A model generated the notes under the pieces. The model saw only the letters and a program-made list of their open reading frames with translations, searched no databases and was not told where the DNA came from. From Felis catus (lineage: Eukaryota), in contig NC_058383.1 in the NCBI RefSeq assembly GCF_018350175.1, positions 28,274,001-28,338,000 of the forward strand: DNA of 64,000 nt, given 5' to 3'. Both the position numbers and the translations under genes were made by a program. This document shows positions 57,201-64,000 of this stretch, piece by piece. The first letter of the stretch is position 1, and each line of letters opens with the position of its first letter.

Positions 57201-59168
57201 GTGGCTCAGTCGCTTGAGTGTCCAACTTTGGCTCAGCTCATGATCTCGTGGTCCATGAGTTCGAGCCTTACATGGGGCTCACTGCTGTCAGTGCAGAGCC
57301 CGCTTAGGATCCTCTGTCCCCCATCTCAACTCCTCCCCCGTTTACACTCTCCCAAAAATAAAACATAAAAAAATTTTTTTTTTAAATAATAAAGTAAAAC
57401 CCAGATTTCTTCACACTTTACTGTGATACCCGTTTCTCACGCTCGGTGCCCCCTTCAACCTCTGCCGGCCGTGTCTTCACAGCAAGGCATCTCTGAAATG
57501 GGGATCCTCGTCACCGCTGCCGATCTTTTGGATTCAATGACATGTGGTGCAGCCCGGACCCTTTTCTAATCTAACTCATCTTTAGGGAGAAGCCTCTTGC
57601 CATCCCTAAGTTTCGAGAAATCAAGAGGGAAAAATGGGGGTGCCTGGGTGGCTCAGTCTGTTTAGTGTCCAACTTCAGCTTGGGTCACCATCTCATGATC
57701 CCCGAGTTCAAGCCCCGTGTCAGGCTCTGTGCTGACAGCTCAGAGGCTAGACCCTGCTTTGGATTCTGTGTCCTCCCTGTCACTCATGCTCTGACTCTGT
57801 CTCTCAAAAAGAAATAAATATTGAAGGAGGAGGAGGAGGAGGAGGAGGAGGAAAAATGTAAAACGCCCTTACTGCTTGGCCAAGCGCACCCTAAGGGAGA
57901 GCCGGCAGTCAGCCCGGCCCCACCACCTCACTACTGCTCCATAACGCCATTAACTCTCACGGAGGGGGCGTAATTGTCGAGCTACCTGGCCGGGCCAGCT
58001 GGGGCAAAGCTGCCAACCGCTGATCTGACCATGCCCACCTGCCAGCTGCCTGCCTGTCTCCACAGTTCCTTCCCCAGGCCAGGCTGTCTGTGCCAAACCC
58101 AGGCAGAGGGGAGGCAGTAAAACCAATCTGACAAACCACAGCCCTTTCCAATGGGGCATGGTCACCAACAGGCCCCATAAGAGAAATCCTCTTGCAAGCA
58201 GAGTATTCTTCCCGAAACACGGCACTCAAGTAGGATTTGCCTGGCGAAACGGTTATGAATTTCAAGCACCTCAGGGTCCACAGGCTCCCTTCTCCCCAGT
58301 TTCTTTTTATTTTTTATTATTTACTTTTAAGAGAGACAGAGACAGAGACAGAGACAGAGCATGAGCAGGGCCTCCCCTGCTCAGAGAGGGAGACACAGAA
58401 TACGAAGCAGGTTCCAGCCTCCGAGCTGTCAGCACAGAGCCCGACGCGGGGCTCAAACTCAGGAACCACGAGATCATGACCTGAGCCGAAGTTGGATGCT
58501 CAACCGACTGAGCCACCCGGGCACCCCCTTCTCCCCAATTTCTGTAAGGTGCTGGGAGGGGGTGTTAGGCAATAGTATCCTGAATTCACATCCACAGGTA
58601 AACTACAGCACAGCTATTTTTATTGGAGATCCAACATTAGGTGTGGGCACAGACCTGAAAATCACTAGCAGGCTACAACTAGAAACTGTCACAGTCCCCA
58701 GTCACCCAGAAGAAGAACTGCACAGAGTTAGCGGACTAGCAAACCGCTGCTGTACCCAAAAGCTGGCAGCATGTGGACTGGGCCAAGGCGAGGGCTTCTC
58801 AACCTCAGCACTAGTGACACCTGGGCCCCAATCGTTCTTTGTTATAAGGAGAGGAGGGCCTTCCCTGTACATCGTATAACATCAGCAGTGTCCACCCACT
58901 AGATGCCAGATGCCCTCCCTCCAGTGAGAACAACCAAAAATGTTTCCAGATGTTGACAAATGTCCCTCATGGGGTAAAATCACCAGGCAGCAAGAACTGC
59001 GGGTGTAGGCAGTTTGCAGAACACCCTACTCTTTCCTATGAGTAATGACCTAGTTAAGAGCCATTTGGTAAATATGCGACCATGGCCACCCTGTGACTTC
59101 ACATGTATAATCAAATAATAGGCAGCTTGAATTTAGGATGAATTTATTGGGCTTAAAAAAAAAAATGA

Positions 59169-59366
59169 GGGGCGCCTGGGTGGTGCAGTCGGTTAAGCGT
59201 CCGACTTCAGCCAGGTCACGATCTCGCGGTCCGTGAGTTCGAGCCCCGCGTCGGGCTCTGAGCTGATGGCTCAGAGCCTGGAGCCTGCTTCCGATTCTGT
59301 GTCTCCCTCTCTCTCTGCCCCTCCCCCGTTCATGCTCTGTCTCTCTGTCCCAAAAATAAAAAAATG
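59169..59366 (+). mobile_element. Young felid SINEC
   Basis: Same subfamily sequence; flanked by (A)n-tga duplication. Confidence 0.9.
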
Positions 59367-59927
59367 AAAAAAAAAATGAATTAGTTTAAAGGAAAGAAGT
59401 CATTAAGCACAGGGTAGACGCTACTGGTGGGCTAGCCTCTCCCAACTCCCTTCTCCCACTAAAAGACTGAAAAACCAAACGCTCACTTTCCCCATCCACC
59501 TTGTACCAAGAGGAGGCCAAGCCCAGGGCAAGGACATCCAGGAAACCCTCAGAGACCGTCGACTCAATGGGGCCAGGCCAGGGATGAGAGTCCAGCCCCA
59601 AAAGCACTGAACTTCAGAGGTTCCGTCTCCTGCACGGGGTGCCTAAGAGGGTCCAAGACGTGCCCCTCCAACACCCACCCACTCAAGGCTGGCTTTGCAT
59701 TTTCCCTAGGAGCTCCCGGTAGAGAGGCTAAAAAACAACACCAGGACCAACTGCCTCAAGAGGCAACAATTACTGGCAAATTACTTAATTAGGTTCATGA
59801 TGGCATTTCACAAGTAAAATATGCTCATTAAAAATGGGTCACATCCAAGATGTACTAGTGAGTGAAAACAAAAAATAAAGAATGTGTTTTTACAGATCAT
59901 CCTTTTTTATTTTTTAATTTTATTTAT

Positions 59928-59969
<42 letters not shown>

Positions 59970-61662
59970 CACGAGCAGGAGAGGGGCAGAGAGAGAGAGG
60001 GAGAGAATCCGAAGCAGGCTCCAGGCTTCCAGCTGTCAGCACAGAGCCCGACGCAGGGCTTGAATCCAAGAACCATGAGATCATGACTTGAGCTGAAGTT
60101 GGATGCTTGATCAACTGAGCCACCCAGGTGCCCCCTCACTTCCTTGTGTTCAAAAGATACTATATATGTTTAGCATCCGTGGAGAAAACAGACTGATTTG
60201 AAAGTTAAAACACCAATCTACCAATATGAGATTATCTCCAGAGTGCAGTTACGGAAGATTTTCTTTTGACTGTACTCGTCTCTGAACTGTTTCATTTTAT
60301 ACTGTAGCTCTTATAATATCAGACCAAGACGAGAGGAAAAGAAAAAGTCCCTTTAAATAATCCAATCACTGCCATGTTTGCAAAAAACCTAGAACTGTCC
60401 AAGTACGTGAATGTCAGCTGCACTCAAAGTCATCTCAACCTGCCTTCCCTTGTTCATCAGTGATTTAAATACTCAAGCACATCTTCTGATTCCTAACCTA
60501 TAGAGAAAACCACGGGAAAAATGAATTTCCCCACACATTAGCTGATACGCGACACCTGGGCATGCCTCTCCCAGACCTGGGAACCCACCCCGCCCCCCAG
60601 ACACCCTGTAACAACTGGGCCAATTAACTTGAATTGTCTCAGACGCTGGGGGCAGGTGTCTGAATCCCTGGGGTCAGGCTGGGCTCTGTTCCAACTCTGC
60701 CAAGGCCTGTGTGGGGCCGGAGGCCACAAGGAGATGATCCACCAGAAGAGAATCACCACACCCGAAATCCCCCCTCCACTGCCCTTCACGCTCTACCGCT
60801 GTCCCCTATCGTCCAGCCGCCTCCCCCATAACCACGGCTGGCGTCTGCTCGCCCTCTGCTAAGCGCTCTGTACACGGCACCTCCTCCTCACAACTGTGTC
60901 CAATAGGCAACGTGATCGCGATCCCCACTTTACAGTTGAGGAAACTGAGGCTCCCAGAAGTTAAGGAACTGACTCAGGGTCACATGCTGGGCAGTGGCAG
61001 GACGGATTTTCAAACTCAGGCTCCTGAATCTGGCCTCCTGACCCCACCCATGTCCTTCCCTCGCTTTCTCTGGAACTGCACTTTCTTGTCCGAAGCAGCC
61101 CCGTGCCTTCAGCCGCCAATGCTCGTCCCTCCCCGCCCAGTACCCCCTTTGAAAAGAAAGAGGCTCTGACTCAGGGCTGAGCCCTTTCTCCAACCCCTCC
61201 CCCACCAAGTATGCAAGTGCACTGGAGGTGAGCGGCCCACGGCCCACCCAGACCCCAGGGATCTCCACGGCCGAGAGAGAGCCCCATGACAATACAAAAG
61301 CAGTCCTCGCGGAGTCTGATCATCTACCATGTGTCTTTTTTCCTCGACCTTGACTTAGTAACTTAATGATCCTGAGGAAGATGGCTTATCAAAGGGCTCC
61401 TAGATAATCTAACCAAGTTATTTAGTTATTTATTTAGTTGATTACCAACCAAATTGCTTAGTCACCTTCCCAGCATCGGCAGCTCCAAATTCCGCCTGGG
61501 CCACTGGCCTCCAGTCTACCAGGTTGACTGGAGGGACCGGAGAAGACACTGTCACTTATATGTACCTATCATCTGCCCATAGTAATAAAAACAATAATGG
61601 GGATCGTCAGACCCTGCTAGAATGGCAAATTAACTCAACCCCTTTTAAAAAACAAGGCTCTT

Positions 61663-62125
61663 GGGGCGCCTGGGTGGCGCAGTCGGTTAAGCGTCCGACC
61701 TCAGCCAGGTCACGATCTCGCGGTCTGTGAGTTCAAGCCCCGCGTCAGGCTCTGGGCTGATGGCTCAGAGCCTGGAGCCTGCTTCCGATTCTGTGTCTCC
61801 CTCTCTCTCTGCCCCTCCCCCGTTCATGCTTTGTCTCTCTCTGTCCCCAAAATAAATAAAAAACGTTGAAAAAAAAATTAAAAAAAAAAAAAAAAAAAAA
61901 AACAAGGCTCTAGGGGCACCTGGGTGGCTCAGTCAGTTAAGCATCTCTTCATCTCAGCTCAGGTCATGATCTCACAGTTTGTGACACTGAGTCCCACACC
62001 AGGCTCCGTGCTGACAGGCGCAGAGCCTGCTTGAGATTCTCTCTCCCTCTGTCTCTGCCCCTCCCCTGCTTGGACGTACTTTCTCTCTCTCTCTCAAAAT
62101 AAATAAAGAAATAAACATTTAAGAA
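61663..62125 (+). mobile_element. Young felid SINEC (61663-61896) directly upstream of an older SINEC (61913-62125)
   Basis: TSD aaaaaacaaggctct at 61647-61661 and ending at 61911; the second SINE head starts at 61913. Confidence 0.93.
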
Positions 62126-62539
62126 AAAGTCTCTAGCTAGACTGAAATCTTTTCAAATGTTCTAAGATACTCACTCCACCCCTGAGAATATGTTCTAAAA
62201 GTCAACAGGCACTATCCACGTGACACTGTTACAATGTTTTCTTTAAAAGAAAAAAAAAAAAGAGAGACAGCAATCTAAATGTCAAACCACAGGTAGTAAT
62301 TATATAAATTATAGCTCACCAATACAAGGAACAACTGCTTCCACGTTGTGTAATTTAAAAAGTTACACAGGACCGTGGGAAAATCCTGACAACAGTAAAT
62401 GAAAAACATAAGACTGAAAGTAATACGCACTGGCCACATGCGACCTTGGAAACTGCACACAAACCTGGACGAGAATCAGATGGTAACCCACCAGTAAACA
62501 AACAGTGGCCTGTGGGAAAATACCTGTGGCTCACCTGAC

Positions 62540-63220
62540 TAAGGGGCAAACTCCCAATATATCAAGAGCTCCTGCAAATCAACAGGAAAAAGACGAAAAA
62601 CACAGTCACGGAAAAGAACACGCCTATCACTGGGAAATATATTGCTGGATGCTCAGCTTCTGACCTAAAGGGAAACGCAAACACCAATAAGGCATTTTTT
62701 AACCCATCAAACTAACAAACTTGTTTATGCCCAGTGCTTGGGATGATGCAAAGAAAGGGGACTTCTCATTCACCGTCAGTGGCAATGGACTTGCTACATT
62801 TTCCTTTCTGGAAAATAACCAGCTGATACCTATTTTAAAAATTTTACAGGGGGCGCCTGGGTGGCTCAGTCGGTTGGGCGTCCAACTTCGGCTCAGGTCA
62901 TGATCTCGCAGTCCGTGAGTTCGAGCCCCGCGTCGGGCTCTGTGCTGACCGCTCAGAGCCTGGAGCCTGTTTCAGATTCTGTGTTTCCCTCTCTCTCTGA
63001 CCTTCCCCCATTCATGCTCTGTCTCTCTCTGTCTCAAAAATGAATAGACGTTAAAAAAAATTAAAAATTTTACAGAATTCCGACCCATGTACAAGGATGC
63101 TTACTGGAGCACTGTTCACAGGAAAGAAAAATGGAAAATCATGCAAACAGTGGTTACTAATAGGGAAGTGACTGAGTTAATTATAACAAATCTGCAAGTT
63201 GGAATATTAAATAATTATGA
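62540..63220 (+). mobile_element. Old L1M fragment interrupted by a SINE
   Basis: gagctcctgcaaatcaac, tttctggaaaataa, tacaaggatgcttactggagcactgttcaca. Confidence 0.55.
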
Positions 63221-64000
63221 ATATTATATATTATATTAAATATCATTATGTTAGGGGTGCCTGGGTGGCTCAGTCAGTTAAGTGTCTGACTCTTGACTTG
63301 GGCTCAGGTCATGATCTGTTTGTGGGTTCAAGTCCCACATCGCGCTCTACACACACAACGTGGAACCTGCCTGAGATTCTCCCCTCCCCACCCCCCGCCC
63401 TCCCCAGCTCCTGCACCTGTACACATGCTCTCAAAAATAATATTTAAAAAATACATTATGTAATACGTAAAGAGTATTATATAAATTCTATGTATTGACA
63501 TGTATCATGTTAAGTGGAATTAAAAAGCAGAGTGGGGCGTCTGGGTGGTTGAGTAGTACATGTGACTCTTGATCTCAGGGTCGTGAGCTTACGCCCCACG
63601 TTGGGCATGGAGCCCACCTGAAAAAATCTTTTAAATAAACAATAAAATAAAAATCCCTATGATGACTGTGTTGTAACACAAAGTGTCGCTCTTATAAGTC
63701 ACGCAACGGACGAAACCAGAAAGCTTACGTGTGAAAAATTAAATCGAGTTGCATCAGCATGATGGGACTCTCAAACTTTGCATGTCGTTCAACTGTTGAC
63801 ATAAATGCGCTTTTGAAATGACAGAGAAGGCAAAGAATTTTAAAATTCAACCATATATATTTCTTTAATGGGAGCAAAACCAAGCACTCTCCAGACAGAA
63901 CTCCTTAGAATGTACGGTTTAACACAGCTGGACAAAAACCCTCTCCTGTAGGAGGGAAGCAACATGAACCTGGTCAAGGTCCAGCTTGCTTCCTCGCCTC

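Noticed and set aside
58850..58915. Second CTCF-like string ccactagatgcc
   Set aside because: It is part of a MER20-like relic and lacks the GGC core ending.

Overview
Mammalian (felid) genomic DNA, not prokaryotic. The minus strand carries eight consecutive coding exons of ABCC1 (MRP1, multidrug resistance-associated protein 1). By human numbering (recalled) these are exons 2-9: 177, 126, 138, 126, 62, 132, 231 and 178 nt, all bounded by AG/GT and splicing into one open frame of 390 codons (about residues 17-406: TMD0, the L0 linker and the start of TMD1). Exon 1 lies beyond the right edge, so 31824-64000 is intron 1, and exon 10 onward lies beyond the left edge. The rest is intronic and repeat-rich: about 55 carnivore tRNA-derived SINEs (hand count; five are young felid-type copies with intact target-site duplications, TSDs), LINE-1 fragments of several ages, L2/MIR relics, hAT DNA-transposon relics, MLT1-type LTRs and microsatellites. 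Almost every entry in the ORF track is spurious. I found no evidence of a novel multi-gene system. The best leads are small: a candidate NRF2/AP-1 intronic enhancer, a nearly spacer-less inverted SINE hairpin, a competing +4 donor at exon 9, loss of the N19 glycosylation sequon, a stop-free exon 2-5 circle, and several retrotransposition or repair scars. Repeat family names come from memory of consensus sequences, and repeat boundaries are approximate unless a TSD is given.
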